From Haliotis cracherodii (taxonomy: Eukaryota): 64,000 bases of DNA. A program made the translations under genes and the position numbers. Shown here piece after piece: positions 12,501-21,400 of this stretch (its first letter is position 1; each line of letters starts with the position of its first letter). Below the pieces are notes generated by a model. It was not told the origin of the DNA and made no database searches. It saw only the letters and a list, made by a program, of their open reading frames with translations. The DNA is taken from the NCBI RefSeq assembly GCF_022045235.1, contig NW_027266275.1:55490001-55554000 (forward strand), given 5' to 3'.

Positions 12501-15500
12501 GCAGATGTCAGGTCAAATGGATCATGGTCTTCTGTCTGTCCAGTCTCCACTGAGGGGAATGCATCTGATGCCTCAAGATTTTGAGCAGTGTTCTCACCAG
12601 TACCAGATGTCAGACCAAATGGATCACTGTCTGCTGTTTGTACAGTCTCCACCGAGGGGAATGCATCTGATGTCTCAAGATTTGGAACAGTGTTCTCACC
12701 AGATGTCAAGCCAAATGGATCACTGTCTCCTGTTTGTTCAGTCTCCACTGAGGGGAAAGCATCTGATGCCTCTAGATTTGGAACAGTGTTCTCAGCAGAT
12801 GTCAAGCCAAATGGATCACTGTCTGCTGTTTGTTCAGTCTCCACTGAGGGGAATGCATCTGATGCCTCTAGATTTGGAACAGTGTTCTCACCAGATGTCA
12901 AGCCAAATGGATCACTGTCTGCTGTTTGTACAGTCTCCACTGAGGGGAATGCATCTGATGCCTCTAGATTTTGAGCAGTGTTCTCTCCAGATGTCAGGCC
13001 AAATGGATCACTGTCTCCTGTTTGTTCAGTCTCCACTGAGGGGAATGCATCTGATGCCTCTACATTTGAAACAGTGTTCTCACCAGTGGCAGATGTCAGG
13101 CCAAATTGATCACTGTCTGCTGTTTGTACAGTCTCCACCAAGGGGAATGCATCTGATGCCTCTAGATTTGGAACAGTGTTCTCACCAGATGTCAGGCCAA
13201 ATGGATCACTGTCTGCTGTTTGTACAGTCGCCACTGAGGTGAATGCATCTGATGCCTCTAGATTTGGAACACCGTTCTCACCAGCGTCAGATGTCAGGCC
13301 AAATGGATCACTGTCTGCTGTTTGTACAGTCTCCACTGAGGGGAATGCATCTGATGCTTCAAGATTTGGAACAGTGTCCTCACCAGTAGCAGATGTCAGG
13401 CCAAATGGATCACTGTCTGCTGTTTGTTCAGTCTCCACTGAGGGGAATGCATCTGATGCCTCTAGATTTTGAGCAGTGTTCTCTCCAGATGTCAGGCCAA
13501 ATGGATGACTGTCTCCTGTTTGTTCAGTCTCCACTGAGGGGAATGCATCTGATGCCTCTAGATTTGAAACAGTGTTCTCACCAGTGGCAGATGTCAGGCC
13601 AAATGGATCACTGTCTGCTGTTTGTACAGTCTCCACCGAGGGGAATGCATCTGATGCCTCTAGATTTGGAACAGTGTTCTCACCAGATGTCAAGCCAAAT
13701 GGATCACTGTCTCCTGTTTGTACAGTCGCCACTGAGGGGAATGCATCTGATGCCTCTAGATTTGGAACAGTGTTCTCACCAGCGTCAGATGTCAAGCCAA
13801 ATGGATCACTGTCTGCTGTTTGTTCAGTCTCCACTGAGGGGAATGTATCTGATGTCTCAAGATTTGGAACAGTGTCCTCACCAGATGTCAAGCCAAATGG
13901 TTCACTGTCTACTGTTTGTACAGTCTCCACTGAGAGGAATGCATCTGATGCCTCTAGATTTGGAGCATTTTTCTCACCAGTGGCAGGTGTCAGGCTAAAT
14001 GGATCACGGTCTCCCGTTTGTACAGTCTCCACTGAGGGGAATGCATCTGATGCCTCTAGATTTGGAACACCGTTCTCACCAGCGTCAGATGCCAGGCCAA
14101 ATGATTCACTGTCTACTGTTTGTACAGTCTCCACTGAGAGGAATGCATCTGATGCCTCTAGATTTGGAGCAGTGTTCTCACCAGTGGCAGGTGTCAGGCT
14201 AAATGGATCACTGTCTCCTGTTTGTACAGTCTCCACTGAGGGGAATACATCTGATGCTTCAAGATTTGGAACAGTGTCCTCACCAGATGCCAGGCCAAAT
14301 GGTTCACTGTCTACTGTTTGTACAGTCTCCACTGAGGGGAATACATCTGATGCTTCAAGATTTGGAACAGTGTCCTCACCAGATGCCAGGCCAAATGGTT
14401 CACTGTCTACTGTTTGTACAGTCTCCACTGACGGGAATGCATCATGGACAGGGTCTGCTTCAGATGTTAAGTCATCAATACCTGTGGCTTGATTGTTAAT
14501 ATGTGTAATGGTATTAGATGGCTGACTTGTTTTAATGTCCTCAGTAGGTGATATGCTGACAATGCCCTCTGATATGATCACTTGTGCAGCATCAGATACA
14601 GTAGAATCTGCCATCATATCCTGACTTGATGGATGCATATCTTTTAGGTCTGAAGAAACATTTTGATTAGGTTTCAAAGTGTCTTCTTCTGTTTGACTTG
14701 TAGCTATTGGTGGTGACATACATAACACATCAGTGTCTATGTTAATTTCTGCAATGGTGACTGGAGAAGCTGTGTTTAATTCCCCTTTAGTCTCAGACAT
14801 ACCAAATTCATCATTGTCTATTTCTAGACCCTCCTGAGAGCTTGATTGAGACTGAATGTCTGGTGCAAACTTAAAAGTGCCCGCATCTTGAGGACTTTTG
14901 TGATTTTCATCCGAAGGTAAATCAAGGAATGCTGCAGATTCTTGTGAGTCAGTTAATGAAGAATCTGGAAAATCAATAATGCTCTGACCTAAATTACTTT
15001 CGTTTGAGCCATCACTGTAAAACTTTGTTTGTTTCTCTTCCTCTGATGCACCAAGGACTAGAAATTCATCTCCTCTTTCTTCAACAGTTTCACCATCATT
15101 AGCTACTTCAGTGTTTTCTGTGAACTGTGAATCTGACTGAGTTTCACTGGTTTCACTGATGTCACCGAGAAATCCTTGTTCTCCTACGGAATTGGAGATT
15201 TCAACAAAGTCATCCAATAAGGAATCAGTGGACACAGCACTACCATCACCTTGTTGACTCACTACCACTTGTTCTGATGTTGTCATACCAAGGTCCTCAA
15301 AATCATTGAGAGAGTTATCACTTCCTGCTTCAGAAACATCAGAAGCCCACGACACCTCTTCTGGGGCATCATTTTGTTCTGAAGTTCTTTGTTTCAAGGT
15401 GTCCTTTCCAAGGATGATTGCTTGGCCAAAGTCATCAACATTGCTAGGTTCAAAAAAATTTGATGTCATGCCTGATGAACCAGAAACTTCTGCGGTGCTC

Positions 15501-18481
15501 TCTTTTGCATCTATGCTTATGTCAGGATGAGATGTGTGATCAGCAAGGCAAGTTAACTGCTCAGAATCGGGGACTGAGGGTAAATCATTGGGTACTGGGA
15601 TTTGCTCAAAACCTTGAAGGCCAGTGAAGTCACTGTTCTCGCTAGATGGAACCTGCTGTGCAATATTAACACCAAGGAGTTGATCTTGAGGCTTTGAAGA
15701 CTCATCAAGAATCTTGTCTTTATCAATTAACTGCTCAGATACCGAGGGTAAATCATCTGGCACAGAGATTTGTTCCAAATCTTCAAGGCCAGTGAAGTCA
15801 CTGTCCTTGCTAGGTGGTAGCTGATGCTGTTCTGGAGACATGTCTGGAAGAAGGGCATCAGGCCTGAAGGCATGGATTTCCTTTTCTGTGTCTGTTTCAT
15901 CAATAGCATCTTCAGTCAAAATGCTTGAAATTGAGGTGGCTGGAATTTCATCATTATCAAAGGCTTGCACTGGTGATAAGTTGTCATAAAAAATATCTGC
16001 TTGGAAATTGGAAGGTTTCACAGATACATCATTGTCTTGTGTGATCAGACTGCCTGGTGCATCACTACCTTTTTCAATCACTGCAGATTGATCTGTCACC
16101 AAACCCTCAAACACATCAGTTTGATTTACAGTTTGTTGACTGACCATTGTCTGAACATCCTCCTCCATCTCACTACTAGAAGAACTTAGTTCCTGACCTA
16201 AGACATCATGATCATCAACCTTGGTCTGTTCAATGGCCATCGGGCTCTGAGAGTAAAGGCCAATCTCAGAAACAATGCCCTCTGAGTCACCCTCAGTAAC
16301 AGCATCATTGTAATGTATTGGTCCTGGACCTGATATCACATCAGCTGCTTTGTCTGTTCCACCTATGGATGCGTTGGTCTCTGCACCAATTTGTGAGATG
16401 TGGTCTACAGATTTATCCTCAGTGTTTATTCCCTTTTGCAACAGAATGTGGTGTCCTACGTCTGTTTTCCCATCTAATAAATCTTGCTTTTCAGCATTTG
16501 CTGCAGTATTTGAGGTGTTTGGATAATCTTTAGCAGTTATTTCTAATTCATTCTTATCACTTATGGTATCAAGTACAAGATCTGTGTCTGAATGTCTAAA
16601 AACTGTCTCAAAGTCTTCCTTTGGGCTATTTGATTCTGTGCTCAATGTTTGTTTCTCCAAAGCAGAAAATGTGTCATTGTCCTTTTCTGTGTCAACTAAA
16701 ACTAGACTTCCACCTGAAATACCTGCATCATCATGAGATTCAACATCACCTGTCAAACCCTCATCTCCAATGCCATAAGCATCTGTGGGTGACATATCTA
16801 GGGTGGCAGTGGTTCCACCATGTGGCATGGATTCCCGTACAGCATCTGTTGCTGGATTTCCAATCTCAACAGATGCTGAAATGCTTGGAGACGAGTTAGA
16901 TAGCACACTATCCAGTGGCTTACACTCAACGGTAATTTCTGATTCATTCAACTCATCCATTGAATATGCTGGTGATTCAGTGATGTTGTCAACATCTGAT
17001 GCAGTCTCAACCATGTCAAATGAAGTATTATCTGATTCATAAGTTTCCTTCCCTTGTGGTGACTCTTGTGGTTCAATGGTAAAAGAAAAACTCTCTTCAT
17101 TTGTAATGTCACTGCCTTCTTGTTCAACAGATGCTTCTGAGTCTGCATGAACATCTGCAAAAGCAGAGTCACCTATTGTGTTTTGATTGGACAAAGCAGT
17201 ACTGACACAGGAAGGTTCTGTAACATCAGGTTTGTCTGCAGGATGCGTCTCAACATCTGGAGAAGTCTGTGACACAGAATCCTCATCTGACAAGTCAGAG
17301 AGAGGAGGCTCAGCAACTTCTGAACCACCAACAGGTGTGGGTGTTGTTTCAGCATCTTCAAGGGAAACATGTATCTCATCATGAATGCCACTAGACCCGC
17401 ATGTTTGACTCACTTCTACATCTTGGCAATCAGGTGGGGCCTCATAGCTACCTTTTAACAAGTCAGGTGCCTCAGTGTGAATACTTGGGACATCAATATT
17501 AACAAAACTATCACCCAACTGTGTCAAACTGTCTGTCATTATGTTATCCTCTGTGGTTTGTAATGCAGCAGAAGCTGTGTTACTCATGGACGGAATCTGG
17601 GTGGCATCAACACTTTGTCCGTCTCCAGGATAGCTGAGCACTTGGAAAGAATCTGCAGCATCTAGATCACTGAAGCTCACTGTGCTAGACTCAGGATCAG
17701 TAAACAGCTGGGTTTTTTCATGCTCATCAGAACCTGACCTATCTGTTAAGGCTGGCTCTGTGAGGGTATCCGATCGGCCAGGATCAGAATCTGATTCCTC
17801 ATCCTCATTTGGAACACTCTCACTCTTGATAAACTCATTCTTTTCATTTTCATGAGAATCTAATTCTGACTTATCAGTATGAATAACACAGGAACTATCA
17901 ACTTCTGAACTAACAAGGTCACTGCTTGATGCAGTCGGACTGACAACAGTTTCCTTACTAAAAGAGTCATCGCCAACAGCCCTCACAAGAGCTGCATTTG
18001 TTGTTGTAGGGGCAACAGGTAGTGTTGGAATGTCTATGCCAGTGAAAAAGGCCGCAACGGAAGGCACCTCGGGTTTATGAGACGTATCAATAGTATCAGG
18101 ACTTACAAAATCATCAAAAAGATTAACATCACTACTTTTGCCCAAAGACTCAAAACTGAACTCATTGTACTGATTATCAGATATGTTTGAAACTTCACCT
18201 GAGCCAAATAAATCAATACCATGCTGACTTGCCAACTCTTCAAATGCAGATTCCAGATCTTCTGGAACAGGTTTTTTCTTTGGTTGACCTTGCCTGCTTA
18301 CATTACCCTTCCCTTTATCAATCCCCCCTAACCCTTCCCAATTATCAGAGGGATCAGGTGACACTTCAGTCTGTTGCTCCCCAGGCAGTTTCTGATTGGT
18401 CACGTCTGCTTCTAAAACTGATGCAGATGACACATATGTTTCCACTGAGAGGGTTGGATCAGTTGTGCCCAAAGATGGTTG
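6512..18481 (-). CDS. LMTK: LMTK terminal coding exon (11,970 nt incl. stop): acidic disordered tail with DPF repeat array
   Basis: 3,986-aa uninterrupted ORF; acceptor ttattccttttcag directly before 18481, phase 0 matching exon 10; the ORF-track start is a TTG rather than an ATG; composition like exon 10. Confidence 0.8.
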   Translation of the reverse strand, partial: QPSLGTTDPTLSVETYVSSASVLEADVTNQKLPGEQQTEVSPDPSDNWEGLGGIDKGKGNVSRQGQPKKKPVPEDLESAFEELASQHGIDLFGSGEVSNISDNQYNEFSFESLGKSSDVNLFDDFVSPDTIDTSHKPEVPSVAAFFTGIDIPTLPVAPTTTNAALVRAVGDDSFSKETVVSPTASSSDLVSSEVDSSCVIHTDKSELDSHENEKNEFIKSESVPNEDEESDSDPGRSDTLTEPALTDRSGSDEHEKTQLFTDPESSTVSFSDLDAADSFQVLSYPGDGQSVDATQIPSMSNTASAALQTTEDNIMTDSLTQLGDSFVNIDVPSIHTEAPDLLKGSYEAPPDCQDVEVSQTCGSSGIHDEIHVSLEDAETTPTPVGGSEVAEPPLSDLSDEDSVSQTSPDVETHPADKPDVTEPSCVSTALSNQNTIGDSAFADVHADSEASVEQEGSDITNEESFSFTIEPQESPQGKETYESDNTSFDMVETASDVDNITESPAYSMDELNESEITVECKPLDSVLSNSSPSISASVEIGNPATDAVRESMPHGGTTATLDMSPTDAYGIGDEGLTGDVESHDDAGISGGSLVLVDTEKDNDTFSALEKQTLSTESNSPKEDFETVFRHSDTDLVLDTISDKNELEITAKDYPNTSNTAANAEKQDLLDGKTDVGHHILLQKGINTEDKSVDHISQIGAETNASIGGTDKAADVISGPGPIHYNDAVTEGDSEGIVSEIGLYSQSPMAIEQTKVDDHDVLGQELSSSSSEMEEDVQTMVSQQTVNQTDVFEGLVTDQSAVIEKGSDAPGSLITQDNDVSVKPSNFQADIFYDNLSPVQAFDNDEIPATSISSILTEDAIDETDTEKEIHAFRPDALLPDMSPEQHQLPPSKDSDFTGLEDLEQISVPDDLPSVSEQLIDKDKILDESSKPQDQLLGVNIAQQVPSSENSDFTGLQGFEQIPVPNDLPSVPDSEQLTCLADHTSHPDISIDAKESTAEVSGSSGMTSNFFEPSNVDDFGQAIILGKDTLKQRTSEQNDAPEEVSWASDVSEAGSDNSLNDFEDLGMTTSEQVVVSQQGDGSAVSTDSLLDDFVEISNSVGEQGFLGDISETSETQSDSQFTENTEVANDGETVEERGDEFLVLGASEEEKQTKFYSDGSNESNLGQSIIDFPDSSLTDSQESAAFLDLPSDENHKSPQDAGTFKFAPDIQSQSSSQEGLEIDNDEFGMSETKGELNTASPVTIAEINIDTDVLCMSPPIATSQTEEDTLKPNQNVSSDLKDMHPSSQDMMADSTVSDAAQVIISEGIVSISPTEDIKTSQPSNTITHINNQATGIDDLTSEADPVHDAFPSVETVQTVDSEPFGLASGEDTVPNLEASDVFPSVETVQTVDSEPFGLASGEDTVPNLEASDVFPSVETVQTGDSDPFSLTPATGENTAPNLEASDAFLSVETVQTVDSESFGLASDAGENGVPNLEASDAFPSVETVQTGDRDPFSLTPATGEKNAPNLEASDAFLSVETVQTVDSEPFGLTSGEDTVPNLETSDTFPSVETEQTADSDPFGLTSDAGENTVPNLEASDAFPSVATVQTGDSDPFGLTSGENTVPNLEASDAFPSVETVQTADSDPFGLTSATGENTVSNLEASDAFPSVETEQTGDSHPFGLTSGENTAQNLEASDAFPSVETEQTADSDPFGLTSATGEDTVPNLEASDAFPSVETVQTADSDPFGLTSDAGENGVPNLEASDAFTSVATVQTADSDPFGLTSGENTVPNLEASDAFPLVETVQTADSDQFGLTSATGENTVSNVEASDAFPSVETEQTGDSDPFGLTSGENTAQNLEASDAFPSVETVQTADSDPFGLTSGENTVPNLEASDAFPSVETEQTADSDPFGLTSAENTVPNLEASDAFPSVETEQTGDSDPFGLTSGENTVPNLETSDAFPSVETVQTADSDPFGLTSGTGENTAQNLEASDAFPSVETGQTEDHDPFDLTSATNVNAVPNLEAPDAFPSVETGQTQDSDPFGLTSATGENTAPNLEASDTFPSVATVQTADSDPFGLTSGENTVPNLEASDAFPSVETVQTADSDPFGMTSATGGNTVSNVEASDAFPSVETEQTGDSDPFCLTSGENTAPNLEASDAFPSVETVQTEDSDPFGLKSATGENIVPNLEASDAFPSVETGQTEDSDPFSLTSATGENTVPNLEASDAFTLVETEQTGDSDPFGLTSGENTVPNLEASDVFPSVETVQTADSDPFGLTSATGENTAQHLEASDAFPSVETGQTEDNDPFGLTSATNVNAFPNLEAPDAFPSVETGQTQDSDPFGLTSATGENTAPNLEASDAFPSVETVQTADSDPFGLTSGENTVPNLEASDAFPSVETEQTADSDPFGQTSGTDENIVPNLEASDAFPSVETGQTEDSDPFGLTSGTCENTAQNLEASDAFTLVETVQTADGDPFGLSSATGENTVPNLEASDAFPSVETGQTEDSDPFGLTSDAGEKTAPNLEASDAFTLVETGKTADSDPFGLTPATGEKTAPNLEASDAFTSVETVQTADSDPFGLTSGENTAPNLEAPDAFPSVETVQTADSDPFGLTSATGENTAPNLEAPDAFPSVETGQTQDSDPFGLTSATGENTAPNLEAPDAFPSVETVQTADSDPFGLTSATGENTAPNLEASDAFPSVETEQTEDSDPFGLTSGTGENTAQNLEASDAFTLVETVQTADSDPFGLTSATGENTVPNLEASDAFPSVETVQTADSDPFGLTSDAGEKTAPNLEASDAFTLAETVQTADSDPFGLTPATGEDTVPNLEASDAFTLVETGKTADSDPFGLTSDAGEKTAPNLEASDAFTLAETVQTADSDPFGLSSATGEDTVPNLEASDAFTLVETGKTADSDPFGLTPATGEKTAPNLEASDAFTSVETVQTADSDPFGLTSGENTAPNLEAPDAFPSVETVQTADSDPFGLTSATGENTAPNLEAPDAFPSVETGQTQDSDPFGLTSATGENTAPNLEAPDAFPSVETVQTADSDPFGLTSATGENTVPNLEASDAFPSVETGQTEDSDPFGLTSDAGEKTAPNLEESDAFTLVETGKTADSDPFGLTPATGEKTAPNLEASDAFTSVETVQTADSDPFGLTSGENTAPNLEAPDAFPSVETVQTADSDPFGLTSATGENTAPNLEAPDAFPSVETGQTQDSDPFGLTSATGENTAPNLEAPDAFPSVETVQTADSDPFGLTSATGENTAPNLEASDAFPSVETEQTEDSDPFGLTSGTGENTAQNLEASDAFTLVETVQTADSDPFGLSSATGENTVPNLEASDVFPSVETGQTEDSDPFGLTSDAGEKTAPNLEASDAFTLAETVQTADSDPFGLTPATGEDTVPNLEASDAFTLVETGKTADSDPFGLTSDAGEKTAPNLEASDAFTLAETVQTADSDPFGLSSATGEDTVPNLEASDAFTLVETGKTADSDPFGLTPATGEKTAPNLEASDAFTSVETVQTADSDPFGLTSGENTAPNLEAPDAFPSVETVQTADSDPFGLTSATGENTAPNLEAPDAFPSVETGQTQDSDPFGLTSATGENTAPNLEAPDAFPSVETVQTADSDPFGLTSATGENTVPNLEASDAFTSVETVQTADSDPFGLTSGENTAPNLEAPDAFPSVETVQTEDSDPFGLTPGTGENIVPNLEASDAFPSVETEQTADSDPFGLTSAIGENIVPNLEASDAFPTVETVQTGDSDPFGMTSATGENTVSNLEASDAFPSVETGQTEDSDPFGLKSAIGENTVPNLGAARSFPSVIGNKVNINPFGLSSSQDKTVPCSVEPNPSVEASQIADSDPFGMTALSQNDTVPNLSTSNTFPSVETGQTADSDPFGLTLQVDPSQLETGDMFDFNSGSKLGSGAAEQSPMTVSGMLLDFVQAGSEAPSRANSGTSADMFGSSLDFSSSQDLSQSAADTKESDQSALLDMFEKPPPSTEVEPQKSDTSSLVDLF

Positions 18482-21400
18482 CTGAAAAGGAATAAAGCGG
18501 TAATGTGAGAAAATGAATTGGACAAAATGAAGGAATGCACTATGGTAAATACTTTAAATCATCAGAGTTCAGAAGACACTAACGCACCCACCATTTAATA
18601 TTTTGTATTACTTTACTGGAACAAATGATATTTTTTTTTTTTTTAAAAAAGGCCCTTCACAGTTCATCAAACAGTCAGTCCCTTGATGATTAATTGAGAT
18701 TTGCATTTGTGATTTTAACATTAACTCTTTGGAAACCTCTGTTCATTGAAAACTAGATCCAAATCTGACAAACCTGATAAGCAATCTTAATGATTAAAAT
18801 AAACAATGTATATACTGCATTACTTCCATAAACCATTATGATAAATTCAATGCTTGACACGGGGTTAATGTTGTCCACTTTAGACATAATACCCAAGCCA
18901 AATTATGGTTCAGAAATCAGGCAGAAAGATAAAAAGAACTTCTCATGCAATCAAAACAAGTTATATCAATAAAGAATTAAAACGAACTGATAAACTTTCT
19001 TCATCTCAACATGAGTAAAGTGATGCTTGTACAACTGAGCAATTCTATTTCTTCTTTTTTTCAATTTAGGTAATTATTTCATTTCATTTGTATCAGCTAA
19101 AAATGTCATTTAAAAGTAAAATTACTCAATGACCTTTCTTTTGAAATAGTCTGACATGATATCCTGAATATAGGATTGTGATTCAACTTGCATAGGTAGG
19201 AGTACATTGCAACACAACTAAGCTAAGGCTACTTTACTACTTGCATCTGTGAAAGGGAGTTGAGTTTAACATTGCTTTCAACAGTATTTCAGTCATATCT
19301 TGTCGTGTCTCCCTGGAGTGGGAATAAAGACCCAGATAACACAGGTGAAAGACCTTGGATAGATTGCAGTTTCCAGATACCTTCTGCCATTTTGGTAAGG
19401 GGTGTGACCTTAGATAGATTGCAGTTTCCAGATACCTTCTGCCATTTTGGTAAGGGGTGTGACCTTAGATAGATTGCAGTTTCCAGATACCTTCTGCCAT
19501 TTTGGTAAGGGGTGTGACCTTAGATAGATTGCGTTTCCAGATACCTTCTGCCATTTTGGCTGCCATTTTGGTAAGGGGTGTGACCTTAGATAGATTGCAG
19601 TTTCCAGATACCTTCTGCCATTTTGGTAAGGGGTGTGACCTTAGATAGATTGCAGTTTCCAGATACCTTCTGCCATTTTGGTAAGGGGTGTGACCTTGGG
19701 TTAGATTGCAGTTTCCAGATACCTTCTGCTAAATTGGTAATGGGGGGTGACCTTAGATAGATTGCAGTTTCCAGATACCTTCTGCCATTTTGGTAATGGG
19801 GGGTGACCTTGGATAGATTGCAGTTTCCAGATACCTTCTGCCATTTTGGTAAGGGGGGGGGGGGGGGGTGACCTTGGATAGATTGCAGTTTCCAGATACC
19901 TTCTGCCATTTTGGTAAGGGGGGGGGGTGACCTTGGATAGATTGCAGTTTCCAGATACCTTCTGCCCTTTTGGTAAGGGGGGGTGACCTTGGATAGATTG
20001 CAGTTTCCAGATACCTTCTGCCATTTGGGTAAGGGGGGGTGACCTTGGATAGATTGCTGTTTCCAGATACCTTCTGCCATTTTGGTAAGGGGGTGTGCAC
20101 AAGCTCCTTCCCAAATAATGCTTTCATAGTTTTTCAGCTGCCATTTATAGCAGTCTCGTGGAATTAATAGGGCGTTTGTGGGGCTGGCCCCTGACAAAAA
20201 TCCTTGTGATAAAAGCTTTCATAAGCAGTTGTCATTATTAGCTGCCAAAGGAAATTAAATATACGTCTGTTGAAATGAGGCCGCAGTGCATGTAACTGCT
20301 CCTGCTGCATGCCATTGTAAAACTTCCATTTTCGAGCAATGCTGATGTCCAATTTCCAATGTTTCTAAATGGCTTTGATATCCAATTTCAACGTTTAATC
20401 ATATTAAACAATGCAAAGTCAAACTGTCACTTTTCTGCTTATGTTTAGCTTTATCCCCTACTTTTCAAATAGCCATGCCATGGCGTGCCTCTGTATTAGA
20501 AACATTTAACAAGTATGGCCACAGGAATCCAGTACAATGCAAATGGTCCAAGGCCCTAACCACCTGTATTGGTGCTCACAGACCAAGGATCAAAGTTAGA
20601 CTCAAACCCAGAGCTAGTGGAACTAGTCCAGCCAAAGGGGATAACATGAAGTGAGACAGGTTTTAAACCATTACCACTTTAGTGAAACCAACAAGCACGG
20701 GTATGGTGCTGAGAAAAACTTCAAACATAATCAGGGCAAAACTGGGTTTCCAATCCAAGATCAAAGGTATCTGGCATGCTTAACTCTGTATTGCCAAATG
20801 TGGCACCTTACTGGGCCCCTTTAGCGATTGCAGCCCTCTGAGCCACCTTACGCCACCCTTGCACCACCCTTGCACCTTTATTATTAGAATGACTACTGGT
20901 ATTAATATTAGACATTGGAATAGAATCATAATATTAGACAGGTGATAATCCTTGATAAGAGAGAAACAGTAAGCATGCCAACCCCTAAATAGAAGAGCCA
21001 ATCAACAAAGTGACCCATGAAAGAGTATGTAGATTCCAGTGTTATTTAAGAAAAAGAACTCCAACAAAACAGAACTTGAAATAATTCATAGATGTGGCAC
21101 AAGGATTAAACTACATTCCAAAGTCAATACAAGAAACAGTGTTAGGTTGGTTAAAGGCTCACAAGATGAACTGAAGGAACTAAAGCTGACTAGAAAGCAT
21201 TCATACATTAGGCAGACAAGCCAGAGGACCCTAGCATACCATGTACCTGAAGTAGCCAACAAAGCTTGTTTAAGCTTTACTAGAACTGGGAACCTGAAAA
21301 GAACAGGATTGGTTGCATATTTACTATCACTAACAAATTCCTATCACAGGCGCTAACGAGAACGCTAATGTGCTTTAGTGTGTGTGGCCGATTTTAGGCT

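Noticed and set aside
7041-14499. Many long plus-strand ORFs (up to 572 aa)
   Set aside because: Antisense shadows of the frame-preserving 102/96-bp coding repeat; broken by sporadic stops, unlike the sense frame
19586-20197. Repetitive ORFs here and at 34245-36955, 45966-46438 and 49901-50382
   Set aside because: Translations of non-triplet minisatellites
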